Shown here in pieces: positions 37,739-47,245 of a stretch of 64,000 nucleotides of DNA (position 1 is the first letter of the stretch; each line of letters starts with the position of its first letter). The translations under genes and the position numbers were made by a program. Source of the stretch: an archaeon (GTDB taxonomy: Archaea > Methanobacteriota_B > Thermococci > Methanofastidiosales > NM3); contig RXIG01000001.1 of the NCBI GenBank assembly GCA_004212155.1, forward strand, positions 1 to 64,000, written 5' to 3'. The notes beneath the pieces are model-generated. The model was not told where the DNA came from. It was given only the letters and a program-made list of their open reading frames with translations, and made no database searches.

Positions 37739-38722
37739 ATGCTGCAATTGCACCTTGATGACCTTGCAGAGAAGGTCGTTGCCCGTGGCGCTCGCCGAGT
37801 CGGCGTACAGCTTCCGTTCGGCCTGAGGCGCAGGGCGCGCGAGATCGCCAAGATATTCGGCGATCGAGGTATCGAGGTCGTGTTCTCGGGCACGCCGAGC
37901 TACGGAGCATGCGACGTTGCCGATGCCCAGATGGCCCGTGCCGATGTCGATCTGCTCGTTCATTTTGGCCACAGCGCCATGCTTCCCGACAGCTCGATAC
38001 CCGTGCTTTACTGGGAGGTCGTCGATGATGTCGACATCATCAAGACAATCAGGCAGCATCGAGACGAGCTCCGTTCTCGCGGGCGTTCGGTGGGTCTCGT
38101 AACGACCGTTCAGCACGTCCACCAGCTGCCCTCCGTTCGTGACTATCTCGTCTCCGAGGGATTCAACGCGCGTATCGGCGATGCATCGATACGGGTCTCA
38201 TATCCTGGACAGGTGCTGGGATGCTCGTTCGAGACTGCATCATCGCTTGACGTCGACTTCTTCCTTTATGTCGGAACCGGTTACTTTCACCCTGTGGGGA
38301 TATCGCTTGCCACCGATCGCCCTGTGATGTATTGCGACCCCTATACGGAACAGTGCATCGATGTGACCCCTGTGCGCGACAGGATCGTAAGGAAACGTTA
38401 TGCCGTCATCGAGAAGGCGCGCGCTGCAACGCACTTTGCCGTTGTCGTATCGACGCGAAGGGGCCAGTATCGCATCGACGAGGCCTTGAACATCAAAAAG
38501 CTTTTAAGAGAGCACGGAAAAACATGCCACATCATAGTAGCAGAGGCTGTCGATGCGGCACTCGTGCAGGACTTTGGATTCGATGCATATGTCGTGGCAG
38601 CATGCCCGCGCATTGCGATCGACGATGCACCCTCTTTTGAGAAACCGGTGCTCACAGTCACCGAGGTGCCCCTTCTCTTTGATGATGGACCGTATCAGTT
38701 CGATGAGATACATAAACTTTAA
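37739..38722 (+). CDS. dph2: Diphthamide biosynthesis enzyme Dph2
   Basis: QLPFGL, YGACD, VHFGH, GQVLGC, ACPRIAIDD. Confidence 0.95.
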   Translation: MLQLHLDDLAEKVVARGARRVGVQLPFGLRRRAREIAKIFGDRGIEVVFSGTPSYGACDVADAQMARADVDLLVHFGHSAMLPDSSIPVLYWEVVDDVDIIKTIRQHRDELRSRGRSVGLVTTVQHVHQLPSVRDYLVSEGFNARIGDASIRVSYPGQVLGCSFETASSLDVDFFLYVGTGYFHPVGISLATDRPVMYCDPYTEQCIDVTPVRDRIVRKRYAVIEKARAATHFAVVVSTRRGQYRIDEALNIKKLLREHGKTCHIIVAEAVDAALVQDFGFDAYVVAACPRIAIDDAPSFEKPVLTVTEVPLLFDDGPYQFDEIHKL

Positions 38723-38759
38723 AAGAATATTTATTGCATGATAAAATGGAGTTGGAACA

Positions 38760-39344
38760 ATGAATAACGAAGGAGTTAAGTCTGGAGACTTCGTGATCCC
38801 GGGCGATGTGTTGGGAGTTGGCGAGGAGTTCATGCCCGGCATAGGTGCGTATGAGGAGGATGGAATCATCTACTCGTCGGTCGCGGGCATCGTTGATCTG
38901 GACATGCAGAAGAGAAAGGCCTCGGTCGAGGCACGAACAGACCTTCCCCCCGTACCGAGGGAGGGCGATGCAGTGATATGCGAGGTCGTTGACCTTCGCT
39001 CACAGATGGCGATGGTCGAGTTGCTCGCAAAGAGCGGCCAGTTGGATCGCGCGCTTTCTATCCCTACGAAGGGACGTGTCTACATATCTCAGTCGAGCAA
39101 GCGCTACGTGACGAATCTGCAAAACGAGTTCCGCATCGGCGACATCATACGAGCACGCGTACGCGATACCCGGAAATACCCTGTGGAGCTCTCGACAGTG
39201 GATGCCGATCTTGGAGTCATACTGGGCCTCTGCACGAAATGCAGGCACGTTCTCAAGAAGAAGGGATCCAAGCTTACCTGTCCGAACTGCGGTAGCGTTG
39301 AGACGCGCAAGATGGCCTCAGACTACGGAGAAGGGTCAATTTAG
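38760..39344 (+). CDS. csl4: Exosome RNA-binding protein Csl4
   Basis: PGDVLGVGEEF, FRIGDIIRARV, LGVI, C-terminal CxxC...CPNCG and ETRK. Confidence 0.95.
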   Translation: MNNEGVKSGDFVIPGDVLGVGEEFMPGIGAYEEDGIIYSSVAGIVDLDMQKRKASVEARTDLPPVPREGDAVICEVVDLRSQMAMVELLAKSGQLDRALSIPTKGRVYISQSSKRYVTNLQNEFRIGDIIRARVRDTRKYPVELSTVDADLGVILGLCTKCRHVLKKKGSKLTCPNCGSVETRKMASDYGEGSI

Positions 39345-39354
39345 GTGAAGGCGC

Positions 39355-39624
39355 ATGGAAATTGAGGTGCTCACGGAAACGGAAACTCAGATGGAGCTCA
39401 TCATTCATGGAGAAGGCCATTCGCTCGTCAATTTGCTCAGGAGCTACCTCGAGGAGGATGAGCATGTGACCTTTGCAGCATACAACATAGCGCATCCGCT
39501 GCTTGACAATACGCGCCCTCGCCTTGAGATTCGTACGGACGGGACAAAGACACCTCGTCAGGCGCTTATCGAGGCAAACGAGCTCCTTCACACTCAGGTC
39601 ACCGAATTCAAGCAGGCGATCTGA
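39355..39624 (+). CDS. rpoL: RNA polymerase subunit L (Rpo11)
   Basis: GEGHSLVNLL, FAAYNIAHPL. Confidence 0.95.
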   Translation: MEIEVLTETETQMELIIHGEGHSLVNLLRSYLEEDEHVTFAAYNIAHPLLDNTRPRLEIRTDGTKTPRQALIEANELLHTQVTEFKQAI

Positions 39625-39627
39625 ACA

Positions 39628-40002
39628 ATGGGTGGCCACTCCACGTTTGGCGATGTGCTCGTCAACTATGTATGTTCAGTAGCCAAGCTGCGAGTAACGG
39701 GCCTGTATGACGGCATTAAGGTATCAAATCATGTACTCATGCAGGCGCTCAATCATTCCAAGGTGGCATCGCCGCCACGGACCGACAAACACCAGAAGGG
39801 CGACTTCGTCGAGGCGCTCATCGCAGGTGCATGGGGTTCACTCTTTTCTACCGACGATATGATCGACATCATCAGCTCTTCGTTTGAGGGCAAAGACCTT
39901 TCCACGCGCGAATCGTTCATTGATGCCCAGATCAAGGCATTCAGCGTTCTTTTGGACCGGATACATGACTCCGGGCTCGATACAGAGCAGCGCAGGCTAT
40001 GA
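39628..40002 (+). CDS. Archaeal ribonuclease III-like family protein
   Basis: FGDVLVNY...PRTDKHQKGDFVEALIA; follows rpoL. Confidence 0.75.
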   Translation: MGGHSTFGDVLVNYVCSVAKLRVTGLYDGIKVSNHVLMQALNHSKVASPPRTDKHQKGDFVEALIAGAWGSLFSTDDMIDIISSSFEGKDLSTRESFIDAQIKAFSVLLDRIHDSGLDTEQRRL

Positions 40003-40729
40003 TGGCAAACGTTATTCCCACCATCGCATAAAGGGGTAGCTCCCGCTCGTCCTCCTCTTTCATAGCATTGGCGTCCACCCATGCTGAATAGAGCAATGAT
40101 GCTAGCAGGTCTACGTACGACCCCAGCTGCAACGTAACGACCGGCCTGAGCGCATCCCACTCCTTTTCCTCGCCCAAGCGGATGGTCTCGTCATAGAGCG
40201 CGCTTGCCTCGAGGGAGCGTTCGGCTACGGCCTGTTGGACATCTTCGATATATGAAGTGTGCTGGCACGAAAGCTCCAGAGAGGCGACGATCTCATTGAC
40301 CCATGTCTCGACCGTTCCATGCGCCGGGACGTAGGGACCCGTATGGAGCGCGCAGAGCGCATCGCCCACATAGTGGCTCACGACGCCCGCATCAAAGGCT
40401 GCCTCATCATATTTCCCCTCTGCCAGGTCCTCGACGAGACGGTCATACCAGTAAGCGGCGGCCTGTGGCGCCTTGCCGTATCCGGAAGGGTATGAGAGAT
40501 GGTAGATGAGATCTCCTCGCGGATCGTCGCATGCGCGCCATAGGTCTGGCAGCGTCGACGTGTGCACGATCTCGTCGTGGTGCTGGAAATAGGCATCGCA
40601 TCCAACCCCATCGAGCGCAAGAATGGCCTCATGCGTCACCACCTCATGCGTGTGGCTGCCCCACGCAGAGGCCGGCGCGGCAAGCATGACCATCAAAAGT
40701 GGGACAATGGTCAGGTATATTCGATTCAT
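39941..40729 (-). CDS. Secreted Zn-dependent phospholipase C / S1-P1 nuclease family protein with C-terminal TM
   Basis: Signal peptide ending ASA followed by WGSHTH; PD, HYVGD, LH, H...E Zn ligands. Confidence 0.85.
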   Translation of the reverse strand: MNRIYLTIVPLLMVMLAAPASAWGSHTHEVVTHEAILALDGVGCDAYFQHHDEIVHTSTLPDLWRACDDPRGDLIYHLSYPSGYGKAPQAAAYWYDRLVEDLAEGKYDEAAFDAGVVSHYVGDALCALHTGPYVPAHGTVETWVNEIVASLELSCQHTSYIEDVQQAVAERSLEASALYDETIRLGEEKEWDALRPVVTLQLGSYVDLLASLLYSAWVDANAMKEEDERELPLYAMVGITFAIIACAALYRARSHVSGPKER

Positions 40730-40831
40730 ACATATTTTCGTTAATGTGCATATTTATTTTTTTATGCAATAATATGGTATTTTCTTGCCATATTCACTTT
40801 ATTGATTCACTTCGCAGTGCTCTTTGATACC

Positions 40832-41488
40832 ATGAAACAGATATTTTGTCTATGCATATGCATAATGGTCGTGGCAGCGCCTTATGCATTCGCGCTGGAA
40901 GCCGAACCAGAGGAGCCCATCATCGTGATCAATGAGGTCATGGTCAACCCCGATGCGGTATCGGACTCGCGAGGTGAGTGGATCGAGCTCTACAATACGA
41001 GCTCAAATCCCGTCTCGCTCCTAGGATGGACCGTGACAGATGGAAAACGGGACATGTTCATCATCGATGAGGATATTGCCATATCCCCTGATGGATACGT
41101 TGTCTTGGCCCGTTGCGGCGACCCATTGAGGAACGGAGGGGTGCATGCAGACTTCGAGTATAGTGGCATGTACCTTGCCAACGGGGGCGATGCCATCATG
41201 TTGTTCGATAAGATGGGCGCAGTTCATGATGCGCTCTTCTACTCGGAGGAACGCGGGTTCACAATCCCTTGCGGCGCATCGCTTGAGGTAAAGGACCCCT
41301 TCAAGACCAATACTCCTAGTTCCCAGTGGGCGCCAAGCACGAGCGTATTCGGTGATGGCGATTTTTGCACACCGGGAACTTGCAATAGCTGGTACGTCCC
41401 CCCGGACCCTGTTCAGAAACCTCCTCGCGGTGCGCTCTTTTTCCTGTTCAAGAAGGGTATCCTGCCTGTTGATGGGTTCCTGGAATGA
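40832..41488 (+). CDS. Secreted lamin-tail-domain (LTD) protein
   Basis: IVINEVMVNP, EWIELYN, LANGGD, TPG. Confidence 0.88.
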   Translation: MKQIFCLCICIMVVAAPYAFALEAEPEEPIIVINEVMVNPDAVSDSRGEWIELYNTSSNPVSLLGWTVTDGKRDMFIIDEDIAISPDGYVVLARCGDPLRNGGVHADFEYSGMYLANGGDAIMLFDKMGAVHDALFYSEERGFTIPCGASLEVKDPFKTNTPSSQWAPSTSVFGDGDFCTPGTCNSWYVPPDPVQKPPRGALFFLFKKGILPVDGFLE

Positions 41489-41824
41489 ACCGGCATGAAA
41501 AGGGGCATTGTCGTTCGTATCTTCCCACGGTGAATGGAATACGAACGGCAACAGACCGAAAGGTTTATATATGAGCCTAAATTTACTGGTATTAGCTGAT
41601 TTTAAGGCCTTTATAGGTCGCTTCCTCCGCATACGATGTGTAAATATCCAATACAGTTGTATTCATAAGGCGCTATCCCATGCCGTCTTCGTTTACTCTG
41701 TAGCTTTTGTCGGGGGGATGATAGAACCAGCTCGATCTTTAGAAAATATCGTATATGAAAGGAAATTATTTTCTAAAAAACATTATGGTCTTGATTCATC
41801 AAATGACTACGTAAGGGTGATGAA

Positions 41825-43750
41825 TTGTCTTCAGAAGAAATTTTAAAAAGTATTGAAAAGGTGGTCAATGAAACGATCCCTTCAGGTGCTACCATTACTC
41901 ACATCGACTTCGAGGGTCCCGAAGTAGTCATATACACTCGCAATCCTTCACTACTCGTTAGTGACGCGGATCTGATAAAGGATCTTGCCAAGAAGTTGCG
42001 CAAGCGTGTTGTCATTCGGCCCGACTCATCGATCATCATGCCTGAAGAGAAGGCAATAGAGAAAATCAAGGAACTCGTACCAAAGGAAGCGGAGATAACT
42101 GATATCACATTCGACCCGGGGATCTCGGAGGTCATCATAGAGGCAAAGAAGCCCGGGCTTGCGATTGGGAAGTCGGGGAGCACGCTGCGTGAGATCACAA
42201 AGAACGTCCGATGGGCGCCACGTATCGTCCGCACGCCGCCGATGTCGTCCACAACGGTCCAGGCCATACGTTCCACGCTCCACAGGGAGCACAATGAACG
42301 CAAACGCATCATGCGTGCGGTCGGACACAAGATCTATCGTGACGAGAACATACGTTCCGACTGGATCCGCATCACATCGCTTGGCGGATTCCGCGAGGTG
42401 GGGCGGTCCTGCCTGCTTCTTCAGACCAATGAGAGCAACATTATGCTCGACTGTGGCGTCAACATCGCCTCGGATGATCCCGCAAAGGCGTATCCCTTCC
42501 TCAGCGCTCCTGAGTTCAAGTATATCCTCTCCTCAAACGAGCTCGATGCGATCATCATAACTCACGCACACCTTGACCACTCGGGGTTCGTGCCCTATCT
42601 CTTCAAGTCACTTTATGATGGTCCCGTCTACTGCACGCCAGCGACACGTGACCTGATGATGCTTTTGCAAAAGGATTTCGTCGAGATCGCAAAACGAGAG
42701 GGAAAGCCTTGTCCCTACGGCATGAAGGAGATCAAGGATACGATCACACATACGATACCGCTTGATTACAAGGAAGTGCGCGATATCGCCCCCGATGTGC
42801 GCCTTACATTGCACAATGCGGGACACATACTCGGTTCTTCGATTGTGCATTTGCATGTGGGCAACGGTCTTCACAATGTCGCATATACGGGCGACCTCAA
42901 GTTCTCGAAGACACGCCTTCTCGAACCGGCAAACGTGCGATTCCCACGGCTTGAGACACTCATCCTTGAGAGCACGTATGGGGGTTCGAAAAACATCCAA
43001 CCTACCCGTGAGGATGCTGAACGCGACCTTCTAAAGACGATACGGCGCACCATAGAGCGAAAGGGAAAGGTACTCATACCTGTGCTCGCAGTGGGTCGTG
43101 CGCAGGAGCTCATGCTCGTGCTCGAGGAGGCCATGCGCCACAAAAAGCTCCCAGAGGTGCCCATCTACCTTGACGGCATGATATGGGAGGCAACGGCCAT
43201 CCACACTGCATATCCCGAGTATCTCTCAAAATCCGTTCGAGACCAGATATTCCATCAGGAACACAACCCCTTCCTCTCCAAGGTGTTTGACAGCGTGCCA
43301 AACTCTAACAGGAGGAAAGAGATTATGGAGGGCGACCCTGCCATCATCCTTGCAACGTCTGGCATGCTCGTCGGTGGTTCGTCGGTCGAATACTTCAAGA
43401 ACTTCGCTCCCGACAAGCGAAATAGCATCATTTTCGTGAGTTACCAGGCCGAGGGTTCGATGGGTTCGCGCGTCCAGAAAGGCTGGAACGAGGTCACCAT
43501 GAAGAACGAACTCGGGAGGACCGAGGCGATCAACATCAACATGGAGATTCGGACCATAGAAGGATTTTCGGGCCATTCGGACCGCAATCAGCTCATCAAC
43601 TTCGTGCGCAAGGTAAGCAATGGCACAGAAAAGGTGTTTACCAACCATGGCGAGAGCGGAAAATGCATAGACCTTGCATCATCGATCTACAAGATGTTCA
43701 AGGTCGAGACGCGGTCACCACTCAACCTTGAGACGATGCGCGTCTATTAG
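41825..43750 (+). CDS. fttA: beta-CASP ribonuclease aCPSF1 / transcription termination factor FttA
   Basis: Two KH domains, GGFREVGRS, THAHLDH, AGHILGS, GFSGHSD, NHGE; TTG start after GGGTGA. Confidence 0.96.
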   Translation: MSSEEILKSIEKVVNETIPSGATITHIDFEGPEVVIYTRNPSLLVSDADLIKDLAKKLRKRVVIRPDSSIIMPEEKAIEKIKELVPKEAEITDITFDPGISEVIIEAKKPGLAIGKSGSTLREITKNVRWAPRIVRTPPMSSTTVQAIRSTLHREHNERKRIMRAVGHKIYRDENIRSDWIRITSLGGFREVGRSCLLLQTNESNIMLDCGVNIASDDPAKAYPFLSAPEFKYILSSNELDAIIITHAHLDHSGFVPYLFKSLYDGPVYCTPATRDLMMLLQKDFVEIAKREGKPCPYGMKEIKDTITHTIPLDYKEVRDIAPDVRLTLHNAGHILGSSIVHLHVGNGLHNVAYTGDLKFSKTRLLEPANVRFPRLETLILESTYGGSKNIQPTREDAERDLLKTIRRTIERKGKVLIPVLAVGRAQELMLVLEEAMRHKKLPEVPIYLDGMIWEATAIHTAYPEYLSKSVRDQIFHQEHNPFLSKVFDSVPNSNRRKEIMEGDPAIILATSGMLVGGSSVEYFKNFAPDKRNSIIFVSYQAEGSMGSRVQKGWNEVTMKNELGRTEAININMEIRTIEGFSGHSDRNQLINFVRKVSNGTEKVFTNHGESGKCIDLASSIYKMFKVETRSPLNLETMRVY

Positions 43751-43781
43751 AATCCAAAAATAAAGGGGAGTAACCATACGG

Positions 43782-44048
43782 TTACTCTATCACATCCTTT
43801 CTGTCGACGACCTTGCCACAGTTCATGCACTTGGCAATCTCCGTTCCGACAAGGTAGTCTCCAAATCCGCAGTCGCACGTAGGGCCGTTTTCTACGTATT
43901 CGACGACAGGCTCTTCCAGTTGAACCGAACCTCCGCAATGCTCGCATGTAAGGCTATCGTCGCCCACAAGCCAGTCTGCAAATCCGCAGTCGCACTTATG
44001 TGCGCCGGTGATGCGATCGTTTTTCTTGATTTTCCTAATCGTTCCCAT
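43782..44048 (-). CDS. Small double zinc-ribbon protein
   Basis: Duplicated CDCGFxDxLVG...CxxCG; GAGGTG SD before MGTIRK. Confidence 0.8.
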   Translation of the reverse strand: MGTIRKIKKNDRITGAHKCDCGFADWLVGDDSLTCEHCGGSVQLEEPVVEYVENGPTCDCGFGDYLVGTEIAKCMNCGKVVDRKDVIE

Positions 44049-44117
44049 TGTTTCCACCTCATACACTATTTCTCGAAGAGATATTAAAATATTCCCTATT
44101 ATCGGGATTGAAAAGGC

Positions 44118-45068
44118 TTAATCGAGGATATCCCAGAGCGCATCGTGCTCGGGCATGTCAAGCGTACGTCCACTTTCAACGATCGAGCCTATGAACGCAT
44201 GTTCTATGTGGGCGCCTGCGAGGACATCGTGAACTGCGTTCACATGTGCAGGAGGCACGGTGGCGATGAGCGCACCTGAGCTGATGAGCTTCAGGGGATC
44301 GCATTCGAAATGCCTGCACAGCTTCTTCGTGACATCTGGTACGGGTATGGCCGCCGGGTCGACATCAAAACCGTATCCCGATGCCTCTGCCATCTCGTTG
44401 AGCGCCCCTGCGATCCCACCCTCTGTAGGGTCGTGCATGCTCGTTACGTACGATCGGATGAGGCGTGCTTCTGGAACGACGGATATGAGCGACGAGAATC
44501 CCTTTGCTATCGAGAGCTCATGCGTTGTGAGCACGCCTGCGAGCTCATCCTCACGTTCACTGGCCAGTATGGACGTTCCCTCAAGGGCGGCACCCTTCGT
44601 AAGCACGATGGCATCCCCTGGGCAGGCCCCGGACGTGGGTATGTACCGTGACGTGTAGCCAAACATCGTTCCGGCAATGATTGTCATGTCGATGGATGAT
44701 ACGAACTCGGTATGTCCGCCGACGACCGTCGCTCCGACCTCCTTGCAGGCCTTGCCGATCTGGCCCACGATGTCTCGTAGACCCTCTTCGCCAACCGAGC
44801 TCTTGAGCAGTATGGTCGGCATGAAGAACTGGGGGTCTGCACCCGTCACGGCCACGTCGTTGGCGTTCACGTGGACCGCGATATGTCCTATGTTCTTTTT
44901 GGCTCCCGTCACGGGATCGCTTGCCACGACGTGGTACGAATCGTCTATCTGCAATACGGCCGCATCCTCTCCAACTCCGGGACCCACCTTCACAAGAGAT
45001 GATGCGGGTCCGAGCGAGGAGAAGACGATCTTTTTCAGCATTGCTGGAGGGATCTTACCTGCATACAT
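44118..45068 (-). CDS. AIR synthase-related (PurM/HypE-like) protein
   Basis: GVGEDAA, DPVTG, NANDVA, GGHTE, HDPTEGG. Confidence 0.9.
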   Translation of the reverse strand: MYAGKIPPAMLKKIVFSSLGPASSLVKVGPGVGEDAAVLQIDDSYHVVASDPVTGAKKNIGHIAVHVNANDVAVTGADPQFFMPTILLKSSVGEEGLRDIVGQIGKACKEVGATVVGGHTEFVSSIDMTIIAGTMFGYTSRYIPTSGACPGDAIVLTKGAALEGTSILASEREDELAGVLTTHELSIAKGFSSLISVVPEARLIRSYVTSMHDPTEGGIAGALNEMAEASGYGFDVDPAAIPVPDVTKKLCRHFECDPLKLISSGALIATVPPAHVNAVHDVLAGAHIEHAFIGSIVESGRTLDMPEHDALWDILD

Positions 45069-45172
45069 GGTCTCATCTACCGGTGTCTCTTAAAAGGGGA
45101 CTACAACAACCTAAAAATACTTTTCTCATAAACGGGCGCTTCTACCGCGGGTACAAGGAATCCTTACCTCAT

Positions 45173-46774
45173 TTACCCCTCTAAATCATCGGTCAATTGG
45201 TCGACGAGATGTCCGAACGGTTCGGTGGACCCTTTCATGGCGCCCTTGACAATATAAGGCATATGGGCGCGCACCATCTCGTAGAGCCTCTCGGCCTGTT
45301 CCTTGTTCGTTGAATGGATGTGTTTTGCTTTACGGTCTGCCGACACCATGTCGCCGCGTATCGTCATCTTGAAATCCGGAGTTCGCACCAGGGCGCGCCG
45401 TTCCTTGCGCATCCTGACCTCATGCTCGGGCATCTGCAAATGCTCTTTCTTGTCGTTTAGCACGTATGAGACTTCGCCAAGCTTGATCGAGACGCTGTTC
45501 TTGTCTATTGAGATGTCGCGAGCAGGCCCGTTTGCAACGGTCTTGTCATCGTCCTGTCGGATCACCGTCGTTCCCTCGGTGGTGAGAATGGATATTTCTA
45601 AACCCTCAGGCAACTCCAAGGCCGGGTATTCCTTGTCAACGAACTCCCGGGCCCCTATGCGCACGCGGGCTTGCTTTCCCTTCCGGTCCATGACTTCTAT
45701 GGGACCGAACTTTACATATTCCCCCTCCTCACCCTCAAAGACCTTGATGAACGGAAGGGATATGCGATTACCCCTTTCCTCAAGACGCGCCCGCAGCTGT
45801 TCGATCTCCTCTGCGGATGCATCCTTGTTCGTCGCAAGGATCCTTGCAAGTTCGCGAACCTCCTCCTTGTCGAGGCCGATGCGCTCAAAGTCGCTTGCCG
45901 TTGCTGCGGTGGCAAATTGTGTCGCTGCGACACTCGGCCACTCTGTTCCATAACAATAGCAGTAGCCCATGAATGGTACGTTCTCACGCTGCTTCCCCAT
46001 AGGTACCTCATACGAACCTTGCCCGAAGTAGACGGTGCCGACCATCACATCATCATCAAGGACATCGACGCAGATCGTGCCTTCCTCGATGGTAAGCGGC
46101 ATACGGCCGTCGACTACGAGGTCGTCCTCGATCACCTTCACTTCCTCTGCCACATCGAGTCGCCTCGTCGTGACCTCACGCATCGAATCTGTGATATGGT
46201 ATATTTTCTCCTCTATGAAGTCGAAGTCCTGGGTCTTGGTGAAGACGCCCGATACGTATCCCACAGCAAATGCGATGATGCCGGATATCAGCATCGTGTC
46301 CTGATAGTCCGGGTAGAGGCCAAGCAGTTTGAAGGTGCCCCATAGGACCACGATGACGATGCCCAATCCGTATAGTGTCGAGCGCGCTTGCCAGTATCCC
46401 CTTCTCGTCTTCATGGCTCTGACGGCAAATCCTACTGACACCGATATGATGGAGAGCGCGAGCGCGTAGATGATGTACTGGTCCCACCAAGGCTCCAACC
46501 ACCCCACCAGATCGAAGAAGAGAAGCAGTATCCACACGCCAAAGAGTGTGGTGCCAAGTTTCCTGAAGGCCGTTGAGATCTGCTTGTCGATGGGGTAGAT
46601 CTCCCTGAAACCATCGATGAAAGAACCGATTGCCCACAGGGCGAACATGATAAATAGAAACTGAACCTTGTATTCATACGACCCCAGCACGTCTGAGACG
46701 AGGCTCAGGGCCCACAAGAGGAAGAATACCACTCCTGCTTTGTGCATGATGTCCTTGATCGTATTGACGCTCAT
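45173..46774 (-). CDS. Hypothetical membrane protein (N-terminal ~6 TM, beta-rich C-terminus)
   Basis: 533 aa; directly downstream of the ArsR gene. Confidence 0.8.
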   Translation of the reverse strand: MSVNTIKDIMHKAGVVFFLLWALSLVSDVLGSYEYKVQFLFIMFALWAIGSFIDGFREIYPIDKQISTAFRKLGTTLFGVWILLLFFDLVGWLEPWWDQYIIYALALSIISVSVGFAVRAMKTRRGYWQARSTLYGLGIVIVVLWGTFKLLGLYPDYQDTMLISGIIAFAVGYVSGVFTKTQDFDFIEEKIYHITDSMREVTTRRLDVAEEVKVIEDDLVVDGRMPLTIEEGTICVDVLDDDVMVGTVYFGQGSYEVPMGKQRENVPFMGYCYCYGTEWPSVAATQFATAATASDFERIGLDKEEVRELARILATNKDASAEEIEQLRARLEERGNRISLPFIKVFEGEEGEYVKFGPIEVMDRKGKQARVRIGAREFVDKEYPALELPEGLEISILTTEGTTVIRQDDDKTVANGPARDISIDKNSVSIKLGEVSYVLNDKKEHLQMPEHEVRMRKERRALVRTPDFKMTIRGDMVSADRKAKHIHSTNKEQAERLYEMVRAHMPYIVKGAMKGSTEPFGHLVDQLTDDLEG

Positions 46775-46778
46775 GATA

Positions 46779-47183
46779 TCACTCCTTCTCAGGGTACATT
46801 ACATTATAAAAGTACGATGCCATCTCGAGGGCACGCTTTCCCAGGTCCGTTATCCCGTATTTTCCTCTAAACCGTTCTTGTGATATGAGGCCCACATCCC
46901 TCAGCACGGTCAGATGAAATCGCAAGGGGCTGTGGTCAAGGGTCGTTGCCTCTACGAGTTGGGAAAAATACAGATCGTCGCTTTCAAGAACGACGAGAAG
47001 TTTAAGGCGCTCCTCGTTGGCGAGCGCCTTGAAGAGGTCAGCGCACGTACCGATGTCAAATGACGTAGGCTGGGCTGGTATATGCTGGACCTGGTGCACG
47101 TCGGTCACGACATGGCGTTTGATCTCCTCAATGTCCTTTTTCAATTCGGTGATCTGCACGTGTATGTCTTCATGAGATTCCAT
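46779..47183 (-). CDS. ArsR/SmtB family transcriptional regulator
   Basis: FKALANEERLKLL, FHLTVLRDVGLI, YGITDLG. Confidence 0.9.
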   Translation of the reverse strand: MESHEDIHVQITELKKDIEEIKRHVVTDVHQVQHIPAQPTSFDIGTCADLFKALANEERLKLLVVLESDDLYFSQLVEATTLDHSPLRFHLTVLRDVGLISQERFRGKYGITDLGKRALEMASYFYNVMYPEKE

Positions 47184-47245
47184 GCTTTCACTATATATTA
47201 GTGCATTTGAAGTATATATAAATGTTTCTGAAAAGTAGAATAATG

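Noticed and set aside
41508-41846. 112-aa ORF upstream of aCPSF1
   Set aside because: AT-rich promoter-like DNA, no SD, no recognisable motifs
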